A stretch of 61,494 bases of DNA, counting the filler, from Basidiobolus meristosporus CBS 931.73 (taxonomy: Eukaryota; Fungi; Basidiobolomycota): assembly GCA_002104905.1 (NCBI GenBank). It is 4 parts of 4 records of this genome, joined end to end, with 100 filler letters (N's around TTAATTAATTAA, not from the genome) between each part and the next. Parts side by side here need not be neighbours in the genome. Positions count along the whole stretch, not along the records: positions 1 to 14,267 come from MCFE01001183.1; 3 more parts are not named here. One strand, given 5' to 3'. The position numbers and the translations under genes are program-made. Shown here piece after piece: positions 1 through 11,706 of this stretch (position 1 is the first letter of the stretch; each line of letters opens with the position of its first letter). The notes beneath the pieces are model-generated. The model made no database searches. It saw nothing but the letters and a program-made list of their open reading frames with translations, and had not been told where the DNA came from.

Positions 1-316
1 TTCCCTGTTGGCTGATGACATAAAATCAGTGGGCCTACCAGCTACTGATGACAATGTGCTGGTTATCATCCTAAATAGCTTGACAGATAAGTTTCAGGGC
101 CTTGCACAGCCATAGAGTCTACAACCAAAGATTTGATCTTGAAATGTATATATAGAAGGCTCCTGGATGAACAATTAGAAAAATCAAGCACCAAAAAGAA
201 GGAAGAAGAAAATGCCTTAATAAGCAATGCTAATCCACAAAGAAGGTACTCAGTTCCCTTTAAGGGCAACAGCAACCTGTTTTAAGGCTACTGCAAAAGA
301 AAAGAACACACAATTG
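1..316 (+). pseudogene. Ty1/copia gag fragment (same family as the copia gag at 10274-10494), cut by a copia LTR
   Basis: Translates to LLADDIKSVGLPATDDNVLVIILNSL...KKEEENALISN...PFKGNSNLF, matching the minus-strand gag KKEEENALISND...HKGNSNLF at 10274-10494; contains stops/frameshifts. Confidence 0.8.
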
Positions 317-1050
317 AATTGCAAGAGTCTTGGAGATATTGGAAGTGATTGGGAGAACAAGTAGATTATGTGGTTTTTGCTTAATGATTTATTGAATGTA
401 AAAGTAGTATTAATACTCTTACATGGTCTTGGCATAGCAATCACATAGAATAGATTAAGGAAGGTCCCTAGAACATGTGTGCAAAGTTTGGGGCTGTTTG
501 GACAACTTTGAGGTACCTGGTATTTTGGTGAAAATATTCCAAGTAAATCCCAACAAGGAATTTGGTCAGTATTCTCTAGGATTTGAAGGTGATGATCTAA
601 GTGACTAAGTTAGGTGAGTATTTAGGTGGAAATACAAATTTTTACAACACTCCCACTCAGCTAAATGTTCATACTGACTAGTCCTAATTTTGACCTAAGA
701 TATTCAAACTTGTCTCTAGCTAATGGTTTGGTAAATATGTCTGCAATCATTTCATCTGTAGGACAGTAAACTAAGCTAACTAAGTTATTCTCTATAGCTT
801 CACATATAAATGATGTCTAGTGTCTATGTGCTTGGTTCTAGCATGAGAAGTTGGATTTCTACCTAATTGTATACATGCTTGATTATCTTGAAATAAAGTA
901 ATAGGCATTGTTTGACATAGGCCTAAATCTGTAAAGGCTTTCTTAGTCACATTACTTCTTTTGTAGCTTTACAGGCTGCCATGTACTCTGCCTCTGTGGT
1001 AGAAAGTGTTACAGTTGGTTGCATTCTTGAGTTCCATGAAATTGCTTCTT
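317..1050 (-). mobile_element. Copia element A remnant: 3' LTR (~317-649, short internal deletion), PPT and RNase H tail (650-1050)
   Basis: Near-identical to 1051-1758 and 56329-57050; minus strand reads pol end, GAGTGGGAG PPT, then TGTTGTAAAAATT LTR start. Confidence 0.85.
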
Positions 1051-1399
1051 TGTTGTAAGAGTCTTGGAGATATTGGAAGTGATTTGGAGAACAAGTAGAT
1101 TATGTGGTTTTCACTTAATGATTTATTGAATGTAAAAGTAGTATTTATACTTTTACCTGGTCTTGGCATTACAAACACATAGAATAGGCTAAGGAAGGTC
1201 CCAAGAACATGTGTGCAAAGTTTGGGGCTGTTTGGACAACTTTGAGATTTTTCATGTTCTGGGTACCTGGTATTTTGGTGAAAATATTCTAAGTAAATCC
1301 CAACAAGGAATTTGGCCAGTATTCTCTAGGATTTGAAGGTGATGATCTAAGTGACTAAGTTAGGTGAGTATTTAGGTGGAAATACAAATTTTTACAACA
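1051..1399 (-). repeat. Copia 3' LTR (349 bp) of element B
   Basis: Inverted termini TGTTGTAA...TTACAACA; PPT adjacent at 1400-1410; homologous copies at 317-649, 56329-56678 and, more diverged, 35096-35423. Confidence 0.9.
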
Positions 1400-1758
1400 C
1401 TCCCACTCAGCTAAATGTTCATACTGACTAGTCCTAATTTTGACCTAAGATATTCAAACTTGTCTCTAGCTAATGGTTTGGTAAATATGTCTGCAATCAT
1501 TTCATCTGTAGGACAGTAAACTAAGCTAACTAAGTTATTCTCTATAGCTTCATGTATAAAATGATATCTAGTGTCTATGTGCTTGGTTCTAGCATGAAAA
1601 GTTGGATTTCTACCTAATTATATACATCCTTGATTATCTTGAAATAAAGTAATAGGCATTTTTTGACATAGGCCTATATCTGTAAAAAGCTTTCTTAACC
1701 ACATTGCTTCTTTTGTAGCTTCACAGGCTGCCATATACTCTGCCTCTGTGGTAGAAAG

Positions 1759-2145
1759 TGTGAGTACTCAATGTAGTACCCACTCTTCACCCAAGAGTTC
1801 TCCCAAGAGTTCCCTCCAGAGTCCTACCCAAAGTCCTCCAGTACCCTCCCTATGATTCCCCCACGCGTCCTCCCCTCCTATCCCTGCCCTTATCTAGTTA
1901 GAACACTTACCATAACAGGAAGGTGTTCACACCCCTATTTTATAACACATTGTCTATTGTCTAAGCCCCCCCAAGTGATATATATATCTACCCAATTGAA
2001 CCAGGAAGAACAACGAGATTCAGACAAAATAAACAGAAGTCTTTATTACCTTGCTACCTTCTATCGGAAGCTATTCTGAACCAAGTGGTACTGACTTGAC
2101 CTACAAGCTCTCCCACTCACCAAGTACAGTCAGTAATAACCCACA
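1759..2145 (+). repeat. 5' LTR of gypsy element
   Basis: TGTGAGTACTC...AACCCACA; 7 differences versus 7089-7475 by eye. Confidence 0.97.
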
Positions 2146-2149
2146 TATT

Positions 2150-2166
2150 TGGTGCCGTCTCTGCGG
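2150..2166 (+). promoter_or_regulatory. Primer-binding site TGGTGCCGTCTCTGCGG (tRNA identity uncertain, His-like)
   Basis: TGG start 4 nt after the LTR end; TGGTGCCGT resembles known tRNA-His PBSs. Confidence 0.6.
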
Positions 2167-2186
2167 AAATAAGCACAAGTGAGGTA

Positions 2187-3059
2187 ATGACTACTACAAT
2201 CAAACTAAAGACATACAAGGGGAAGAGAGAGAAAGCCCTTGAGTGGTTCGATAAGTTTGAGAGAGTTGCGGTTGATGCAGGATGGGACAACAATAAGAAA
2301 GTAAGAGAGTTTGCAAGACATATGGAAGGGTCAGCATGGCAATGGCATTATGGGTTGGAAGACGCAGTCAAAGACAACTGGGATGCACTAGAAGAAGCCT
2401 ACAAGACACGCTTTCTGTATGCCAAAGGATACCACAACAAAGCCCTTCTACTGTCCTTGCGGAAGAAAAGCAGTGAAAGCTATGAAGCCTACACTGAACT
2501 GTTTCTCCAACAAGTTCGATGTCTCCCGAAGGACAAAATTGCCAAACAACAGCTCATGAGGTATTACATCATGGGCTTAGATGACAAAATAAGACGTAGG
2601 GTGTCCGAAGAACAACAGGGATGTAAAACTTTGCAAGAGTTGGTCAAACAAGTACGAGGGGTCATCTTGCTATGGGGGCTACCCTATAGTGATACAAATG
2701 ATTGAAGGACAGGGATCCCGCGTAAGAAAGGAAAAATTGCCTCCCCAAAAGACCGTGAGTTAGAGGAATTACGGTGAAAGGTCCAAGAACTCTTGATCAA
2801 CAATGTCCAAGAAGTCCCCAAAGAAGGTGATAAACTCTGGGAAGCTGTCGTAGATCTAAAGGCCCAGGTTCAAGTCCTGACCCAACAGATGGAATGACCG
2901 CGACAACAGTATCCGTGTTATGTGTGTGGAGAAGTAGGTCACTGGGCCCATGAATGTGAAAAACAGTACGGAAGAGAAGCCGTACTGGACACAAAAGAGA
3001 AGAAGGCGTCAAAAGACAGAGTCCCTTGCCAGGAGGCCAACGGGACTCAGTCAATCTAA
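2187..3059 (+). pseudogene. gypsy gag (retrotransposon capsid plus CCHC zinc knuckle), three in-frame TGA stops
   Basis: AWQWHY/capsid-like motifs; CYVCGEVGHWAHEC at 2916-2957; stops at 2703, 2775, 2895; natural TAA at ~3057. Confidence 0.9.
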
Positions 3060-6000
3060 GCCCTCCGGTCAGGACAATCGAAGTGCGGAAGAAGAAGCGT
3101 CGACATGATGCTTCTAGAGAGGAGGCAAAGGAACCTGTAGTAGAGGTTCCGTCAAAAGGAAAGAGCGCGGAATTAGGTGAAGAAGTACGGAATGAACCTT
3201 GGGAAGAAGTGTTAAAGCGAACGAAGAACGCTAGCACATCTTCCCATGGCCTATTCCCCATAATGAAGGTACTAGAGCAAACCAAGGCAACCCTCCCAAT
3301 AACCAATTTACTGGGACTGGCCCCGGCTCTAGTCAAGGAACTGATAGAGGGATTGAAGGAGATAACAACCCTCCATGTCAACCAGACGGTCCTGCAAAAA
3401 CCGAATAAAGGTACATATGTAAAGGTACGTATAGAGAATAAGGAGATTCTCGCCCTTATTGACACAGGATCCTCTACGTTGATCATGTCAGAGTCATTAG
3501 CAAAACGTCTAAAACTAAATATAGTCCCCAACGACACCATTCAAGTACGGCTAGCGAATGACCAACTGGATACAACGGTAGGTGTGGTGCCTAATTGCCC
3601 CATTTGGCTAGGCAACTTGATAATACGCCAAGATGTTGTGGTCCTACCCATCGCAGCCAACGACTTACTCATTGGTGAGAGTTGGGTTATCCAACATAAG
3701 ATGGATATACTTTACTGTGCATCTGAGCTCAGGTGGGATACTGAGAGTATCCCACTGATTCATATCACCAATGAGAGCAAGGCGTGTAGCAACAGTGTGA
3801 CAATCAAAGAGGTGAAACCGTCGCAGTCTCCGATCATCACACAAAAGGTGATAAAAATACCACCCGCCAGTGAGACGGTGATCTCATTAGAAACACCAAT
3901 AGCTTATTCAACAAGTGGAAGAATGATAACCGCAGCAAAAGCATCCAAGCAACTGGAAGGAATCTTGATCCCTAAAGTATGGATACCACCAAAATTTGAA
4001 ACGCAAAGCCTGAAATGCTTAGTGGTTAACAACGGGCAACACACGGTGACATTGCCTAGAGGAGTGCCATTGTTAAACTTAGAGGAAGTCGACGGAAACA
4101 ACCAAGGACCACCTCCAAACAAAGAACCAGAAGAAGAACTCCCCGAACTAGATGTGGACCCCGGTCTACCACCTACGTTACAAGACAAATTCCTAGAAGG
4201 AATACATCCGCTTGCCCGAGTATTCTCTAAGAACCAAGTAATTGGTCATATACCTGGGGTATATCACCAAATCCACCTTGCCGACAAATACCCCATCAAG
4301 CAAAAAGCCTATAGGAATTCAAAAATTGACACAGACTATATCAAAGAGACAATTGAAACTTTATTAAAAGACGACATCATTACAGAGAGCCAGTCTCCGT
4401 GGGCCTCCCCCGTAGTGATAGTCCCAAAGAAAGACGGAAAGCGACGCTTTTGCATTGACTACCGGAAATTGAACGCCGTCACCCGGAAGGACGTGTATCC
4501 GCTACCGCAAATAGACAACCTCTTGGACAGATTAATTGGAGCTAAATATTTTAGCTCTCTTGACTTAATCTCCGGGTATTGGCAAGTAGAAGTAGCCCTG
4601 GAAGATCGACCCAAAACCGCTTTTATAACATTGTTTGGATTATACAAATGGAACCGACTACCCTTTGGCTTGTGCAATGCCCCCGCTACGTTCCAAAGGA
4701 TGATCAACAAGGTGCTAGGAAATCTACAATGGGAATGCGCCCTTGTGTATCTGGACGACATCACGATATATTCCCCCAATGTAGAAGAACATATACACGA
4801 CGTGCAACGTATCCTGACATCCCTCCTTGAGAACCAACTCAAACTACATCCCAAGAAGTGCCATTTCCTGTATACAAAATTGTTGTTCCTGGGCCACGAG
4901 ATCTTGGCAGATGGAATATACCCATCTACGTCACTCCTGAAAGCCGTTCAAAATGCACCTGCACCAAAGGACATTAATGCAGTGTTGGGATTCCTAGGAT
5001 TAGCTGGCTACTATTGCCACTTTGTCAAAAACTTTGCGACGATAGCAGCCCCCCTATACGAATTGACGCAAAAGGGCCAGTGTTTTGTATGGTCGGAGCC
5101 TCAAAAGAGAGCATTCGATCAGCTGAAACATTCCCTGACGTCACCGCCAGTGTTACGATTTCCCAATTGGGATGCAAGATTTTTTATTAACTGTGATGGA
5201 AGCCTCACCGGTATAGGCGCCGTACTGGGACAATACCACCAACCCGGCAAATTCCACCCGATCGGTTACGTGAGCCGTTTGCTAAACAAACACGAACGCC
5301 ACTACCCCGTTACCAAGATAGAATGTCTGGCTGTTGTTTATTCAATTAAACAATTCCATACATACATACATGGTTGCTGATTCACGATAGTAACGGACCA
5401 CAGCGCACTGGTCTGGCTGATGAAAACTAAAGACTTTACCGGCCAACTAGCACGTTGGGCCCTACGACTACAGCAATACAACTTTGAAATAATTCACCGC
5501 GCTGGCAAGAAACACCAGGACGCAGACTTCCTCAGTCGCTATCCCGTTTGCCAAATACGTGTCAGTGATGAGTACGAGGACATAATCTGCTTTAAAAAGA
5601 AAGGGAGGTATCCCAAACACGTTGTTACAAACAAACAGAAGAGAGAATTTTGAAGGAAATGGTGTCAGTACGAAGTACAAGAAAATCGACTATGGTTCCT
5701 CCAAGGACAGTCCAGAGCCGAGGTACCCTCACTAGCAGCCCGTGAAGAAATCATATGAGAAAGACATATGTCATTAGGACACGCTAACCCCCTAACAACA
5801 TATAAGATGTTAAGAAAAACGTTTTATTGGCAAAAAATGATGACCAACGTTACAAATACGTTACGAAGATGCACCACTTGCGAAAGATTCAACCGGAGTC
5901 AGAAGATAGGGACAACCACACCAATACCGGTTGACCTGCCCTTCCACCAAGTAGGGATTGACTTTGTTGGCCCCTTTATGAAAACAAAGAAAGGAGAACG

Positions 6001-6802
6001 ATACATAATAATTGCTACCAATTATTTCTCAAAGTGGGTAGAAGCCCAAGCCATCCGCAATAAAGATCAGAAGACAACCGCCCAATTCATTCTAGAACAC
6101 CTCATCTGCCGACACGGATATCCTCAGATACTCCTGTCCGACAATGGTGGTTCCTTCCTGAACAACACCGTGGCCCACCTGTGCAAAATGATGGGCATGA
6201 AACAAGTCTTCACGGCTGCGTATCACCCCCAGACTAACGGATTAACCAAGAGGATGAACCAGATGTGTTGCCGCATACTGGAGAAGCTTCACTGGGAACT
6301 TCCCCAATCATGGGCCGAGCTGCTCCCACTGACACTCCTAGCAATGCGCACCACACCAAATAAAACGACGGGTTTCTCCCCATATGAAATCCTATATGGA
6401 CGAAGACCCAAGTGGCGGGAGGAAGCTGGATTGACGATGGAAGGTGTCCCCCTGACAACACATAACGACTATATAGAAAGGTTGATACACTGTATTGCCC
6501 ACCTATACATAAAAGTATTTGAAAATGTCGACAAGCACCTTCCCCCTCCACCCAAAAATGAGAAACTAACGAGACGAAAGTAGAAACCAGGCGATAAGGT
6601 GTGGTACAACCAAACTGTTGCAGGCCTCAAGTTCCGCCCACGATTTACACCCCGATGGATTGGCCCATGCACTGTTATCAGTTCGGACCACGGACCAAAG
6701 TACACCATCACCCTGAATAATAAGACAATCAGCAACGTAGCGCCAGCCCATTTGAAACCGTTTCATGATGATCCACCGATCATCACTGAGACCAAAGTGT
6801 GA
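3026..6802 (+). pseudogene. gypsy pol: protease, RT, RNase H, integrase with GPF/Y module; -1 frame relative to gag
   Basis: LIDTGSS; RFCIDYRKLN, YLDD; NCDGS; HHCC-type zinc motif, GIDFVGP, SDNG, HPQTNG; GDKVW...PRWIGP; all one frame with stops at 5378, 5651, 5756, 6581. Confidence 0.95.
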
Positions 6803-7088
6803 TTAAACGATTACCAGGACAAGGATAGAGGAAGACACGGGATACATTCGATGTTTATTAGAGGAGATTTTAGTCGATATAGGTACAAATAATATTCGCA
6901 AGGGAGTTTGCCCAAAGGGGAGAACAAAAGAATGCATATGGAAAGCGCCAAAGGAAACAGTTCACCTAAAACTGGCAATACCCCTCCCACTAGCAAGAAC
7001 CAAGATGCTCCGTAAACAAAATCGATCCTGGAGAAGCGAGTTAGTCAAAGAACTTCAAGGACAAAGCTCCCACTTAACCCCCGGGATA

Positions 7089-7475
7089 TGTGAGTACTCA
7101 ATGTAGTACCCACTCTTTGCCCAAGAGTTCTCCCAAGAGTTCCCTCCAGAGTCCTACCCAAAGTCCTCCAGTACCCTCCCTATGATTCCCCCACGCATCC
7201 TCCCCTCCTATCCCTGCCCTTATCTAGTTAGAACACTTACCATAACAGGAAGGTGTTCACACCCCTATTTTATAACACATTGTCTATTGTCTAAGCCCCC
7301 CCAAGTGATATATATATCTACCCAATTGAACCAGGAAGAACAACAAGATTTGGACAAAATAAACAGAAGTCTTTATTACCTTGCTACCTTCTATTGGAAG
7401 CTATTCTGAACCAAGTGGTACTGACTTGACCTACAAGCTCTCCCACTCACCAAGTACAGTCAGTAATAACCCACA
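7089..7475 (+). repeat. 3' LTR of gypsy element
   Basis: Direct repeat of 1759-2145, followed by GAAAG TSD. Confidence 0.97.
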
Positions 7476-10400
7476 GAAAGTGCTATGGTTGGTTGCTTTC
7501 TTGAATTCCATGAAATTGCTCCTTTACAGTAAAGAAAGGTGTATCCTGTTGTGGATCTTCTGTCTTCTAAATTTCTTCCCCAATCTGCATCAGAGTATCC
7601 CACAAGATCTTGTTCTGAGTCCTTATAAGCGTATCTTAAGCAGATATCAGCAGTTCCTTTTAGGTATCTAAAAATCCGCTTGACTGCTGCAATATGATCA
7701 GATCCATAGTTCTGATTATGTTGGCTGACAACTCTCACTGAATATGAGATATCTGGACGTGTTCCAAGCATGATATACATCAGACTGCCGACCTTAAATT
7801 GGTAAGGAAAGTCAGGGCTTTCAGATGGCACCAAGCTCTCTTGATTTGGTTGAGTTTTGACCAACTTAAGGTTTGTCTCCATTGGGGTAGCTGCTGGTTT
7901 ACAGTCTTCCATTTTGTACTTCTTTAGTATATCTTGAATATACTTGGATTGGCTTAGGGTAATAGTCTGGGTACTTCTGTCTATGGAGAACTTAATCCCT
8001 AAGTAGTAACTAAGTTCTCCTAAATCAGACATCTTGAACTCCTTAGATAGGCTGGATTTAGTCTCTTCCAATGTTTCTAGGTTATTGGCGGCTATAATAA
8101 GATCATCCACATATAGAGCTAATAGGACTGGATTTGCTCTATCTGGATTAGAGTATATACTATAGTAAGCATAACTTCTTTTGAAACTCAAAGATTCCAA
8201 ATAAGAATCTATCTTGCAATTCCAGGCTCTTGGTGATTGTTTGAGACCATATAGTGACTTTTTAAGCTTGCAGACCAAATGGGGGTTATCTTGGTCAACA
8301 AACCCATCAGACTGGTCCATATACACATCCTCATCAAGTTATCCATTCAAAATGCAGTTTTTACATCCATTTGATGAATAAAAAACTTATATTTGGCTGC
8401 AAGAGCCAATATTAATCTAATGGAATTAAACTTGGCTACCGGTGCAAAGGTCTCAGTATAGTCAAGTCCTTTTGTTTGAGAGTATCCTTTGGCTACAAGT
8501 CTTGCTTTGTATCTTTCAATTGTACCATCAGCTTTGTATTTTGTCTTGAAGTCCTATCTGCATCCAGTTGATTTTTGGTTGATTGTTAATTTGACTAAGT
8601 CCCAAGTGTGATTTTCCATCAGTGCCTGATATTCCTCAGTCATTGCAGATCTCCAAAACTTGGTCTGAGGGCTATTTAGGGCCACTTTTACAGTCTGGGG
8701 TTCATCAACATGGACTGAATAGGCATAGGCTAAGTTTGTACCCTCATTGATATAGTAATTTGGGCTATTTCTTGTCCAATTGGATCTCCAGGCATTTGAT
8801 ACTGGAATGATCACTTCTGGGATATTCCTGGGCACTGATTTTGGCTGAACCACGGTTGTAGAGTCCTTTGGAGTGAAAAAATTTTCATTGTTTTGCTCTG
8901 ATTCAATCCTGACAATTGGTGGACTTGAGATCAAATTTTTGTCATCATCTGATGTCATTTTTTATGAAAATTTTGAATTTTCATCAAACAACACATCCCT
9001 GGACTTGATCACCTTCTTTGCTTTGGTATTGTAGAGTCTGTATGCCTTACTCTCATTGCAGTAGCCCAAAAATATGAATTTTACACTTTTTGGCTCAAAT
9101 TTTGACTGGTTTCTGGCCAGTTTTTTGGCATATGCTGTAAACCCAAATATTCTTAGATGTTCTGCACTTGGTCTGTATCCATGCCATGCTTCAAATGGAG
9201 TAGAATCACAAAGTATTCTGTTATAACTCCTATTCTTAAGGTATACAGCAGTGGCAACTGAATCTGCCCAAAAATCATAGGATAATTTTTGATCATGGAT
9301 CATAGATCTTGCCATATCCATTATTGATCTGTTAGCTTGTTATGCTACTCCATTTTGCTGTGGGGAGTATGCTACAGTAGTCTCTTGCTTTATCCCATGA
9401 ATTTTGCAGAAGTGGATGAAGAGTTTTGAGGTATATTCTCCACCATTGTCAGAGCCTATTTTCTTGGTTTTTTCACCAGTTTCTCTCTCCACCATGGCTT
9501 TAAACTCCCTGAACTTAGACAGAGCTTCTTCCTTTCTCTCCATGAAGTAGACCCATGTATATCTTGTACAATCATCAATAAAAGTGATTAAATACTTCAT
9601 TCAGACTAAGGATATATTTTGCATAGGTCCACACAGATCTGAGTGAATTAGATCTAATTTTTTCTTAGTTTTGATTAGCCCAGAGCTCTTGAATGGTTGT
9701 CTGGCTTGTTTCCCATATATGCAGGCTTCACAGTGCTCCAAATTAGCTGGGGGATCAATTTTCACTCCAGAAATTAGCTGATATTTGACCATTTTACGCA
9801 AATAATCAAAATTGATGTGTCCAAATCTCCTGTGCCAAAGCATTGGTGTTTCTTCATTTAAGTTACTTATATTGGCTTCCAGATATGATGGAATATAAGT
9901 CAACTTGTATATATTCTGATCTCTGATGCCCAAAGCAATATGGGCACTACTTTGATCAGTGATCCTGCATCCAGAATTGTCAAAACTGAAACTGAGTCCT
10001 TCTGCTGTGGCCTTGCTTACAGATAGTAGGTTCTTGGCTATTTCTGGTACATAGAGTACTTCTTTAAAGGTCAGTGTATGGCTTCCTTCTCTGCTTCTAA
10101 GGTTTACTTGGATAGTTCCTTCTCCCACTGCATCAAGTGTTCTATTGTCACCCATGAAAACCTACTTAATTGGAATTTCTTGATATTGGGTAAAAAGTTA
10201 TTGTTGGTGTGTAAAGTGTGGGAAGCTCCAGAGTCAATATACCACATCTGAGAATCCTTGTTTGTGGTCATATTTAGTGCAGATATGAATAGTCTATCTT
10301 CAGTTGTTGCAGCATTTCCATATTCAGGCTTCTTTTGTTGATTATCTTTCTTTTTGAGACACTGGTCTGATGGGTGTCCTTTCCTTTTGCAGTAATTACA

Positions 10401-10494
10401 AAAAGGTTGCTGTTGCCTTTGTGGGGTCTTGGGTACCTCCTTTGTTGGTTATCATTGCTTATTAAAGCATTTTCTTCTTCCTTCTTATTAGCGC

Positions 10495-11566
10495 TGTAGT
10501 GGGGTGACAGTGACACCCACTGACAGATGTGCTCATTCCCATATTTTCTACTTCCCTATATCCCTACTACACTCATTTTAGTTTTATCCCATTTGTCTTA
10601 CCCAATCAGTACTATCCCATAAGCTGGTTGACTATCACACCTGCTTACCTTATTGCATAAGTTACCCCTCACTTTATGTAAGATTACTAGTTACAAGTGC
10701 TTCTATATTAGGCAAGTACCCGCGCCAGTACCCGTGACACATGATCAACCCGTGACACCATCCCTACCATTTCCATACCATATATGGTATCCCCATGTTA
10801 CACAGGTTTCAGAATACTGATTCCTGATTGGTTGGATGTGCTGTGCCTCTTAGAACCTTCCGGCACCTACTTAGAACATTCTTAGGTCATTCTGATGTCA
10901 TTAAGATTTCTATTGAACTCCAGAACCTTCTGGAACACCATGATTAGTAATCACTTAGCTAGTGAAGAAAAGTATATAAGGGAGGCTATCCCTCAACAAT
11001 AAATCATCATCCCTTTTATCAATATACCAACTTGTTGATTAGTGTGATCACTGCTACCTGCTGCTACCTGAACTTCCAACCCTAGACCACAGGACACTCC
11101 CAGGAAACCGCGCTGACAGCCAACTGACCTTGGAGGCACTACTTGTGAGGAATACTCAGAGTAGGTATCTTTTATTATATTTGATTCTTTCCCAAGTTTG
11201 TTCTTGTACAGGCAAAGATACTTTTCTGTCTTTGTAACTATTGACCACAGCTGCATTCTTATCAAGTCCCTGCTGGTGGAGTTTACAGTTGTTTTGACTT
11301 TGGAAGCTTTAGTACATTGTCATCTCAAAGGACGCTGAACCCAGCACATACTTTTGTTAAGACGCCAACTAAGTTGGGGATTGTAGCTCAATAGTTTTCC
11401 CTTGACAAGCTTGTGGCTTTATCCCCCTTCACATTAGATTAGAGACAGAACCCAAGTATTCCTAGCAAGCTTTTGCCAGAGGTTATTGCACCCAGTGAAC
11501 ACCCCACACACAAAACACTTGAGAAGTGTTGGATGTATCTCTCCCTTGGACCTATACACCACCACA
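10495..11566 (+). repeat. LTR-B long terminal repeat (1072 bp)
   Basis: TGTAGTGGGG...CACCACA; homology to 51068-52138 ends exactly here; TATA-like AGTATATAAG at ~10972. Confidence 0.92.
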
Positions 11567-11570
11567 GAAT

Positions 11571-11588
11571 TGGCACCCAACGTGGGGG
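11571..11588 (+). promoter_or_regulatory. tRNA-Lys-type primer-binding site
   Basis: TGGCACCCAACGTGGGGG versus canonical Lys1,2 PBS TGGCGCCCAACGTGGGGC; the internal mismatch is CG>CA. Confidence 0.85.
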
Positions 11589-11706
11589 GTTCATACAAGC
11601 TCCCTAGGACCCAACAAGATTTACCTGAAGATTTGAGCTGTTATCCACCTATTGAAAAGAGACTACCGATATTACAAAGATTACAACACCAACCTACCTG
11701 CCCAAC

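Larger units (their letters stand above)
1759..7475 (+). mobile_element. Full-length Ty3/gypsy LTR retrotransposon (5717 bp), inactivated by nonsense mutations
   Basis: Two 387-bp TG...CA LTRs, 5-bp TSD GAAAG (1754-1758 and 7476-7480), PBS, gag with CCHC, pol PR-RT-RH-INT order. Confidence 0.97.
1051..10494 (-). mobile_element. Ty1/copia element B (gag end, PR, INT, RT, RNase H, 3' LTR); decayed, interrupted by gypsy at 1759-7475 and truncated in gag by an LTR at 10495
   Basis: Minus-strand motifs WYIDSGASH (~10220-10250), LWHRRFGH, HSDLCGP, SDNGGEY, LYVDDL, GYSDADW in copia order; ORF broken by stops and frameshifts. Confidence 0.93.

Noticed and set aside
1852-2079. 75-aa ORF duplicated at 7182-7409 (likewise MFVMPRPGK ORFs at 969 and 56244)
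   Set aside because: These are LTR-internal frames with alternative starts and no protein motif.
2955-2966. GAAAAAC as a -1 slippery site for gag-pol
   Set aside because: It does not fit X XXY YYZ in the gag frame; the frames overlap at 2960-3059 but the mechanism is unresolved.
2797-3540. 247-aa antisense ORF and other long antisense ORFs over gag/pol (4459-4854, 6234-6551)
   Set aside because: Shadow frames of CpG-rich coding sequence with no recognisable domains.
6803-7088. Possible env-like ORF3 in the gypsy element
   Set aside because: The region is under 300 bp with no ORF or transmembrane segment on the sense strand.
10993-11265. 90-aa minus-strand ORF repeated at 51565-51837
   Set aside because: It lies inside the LTR, starts at TTG, and is shared only because the LTR copies are similar.
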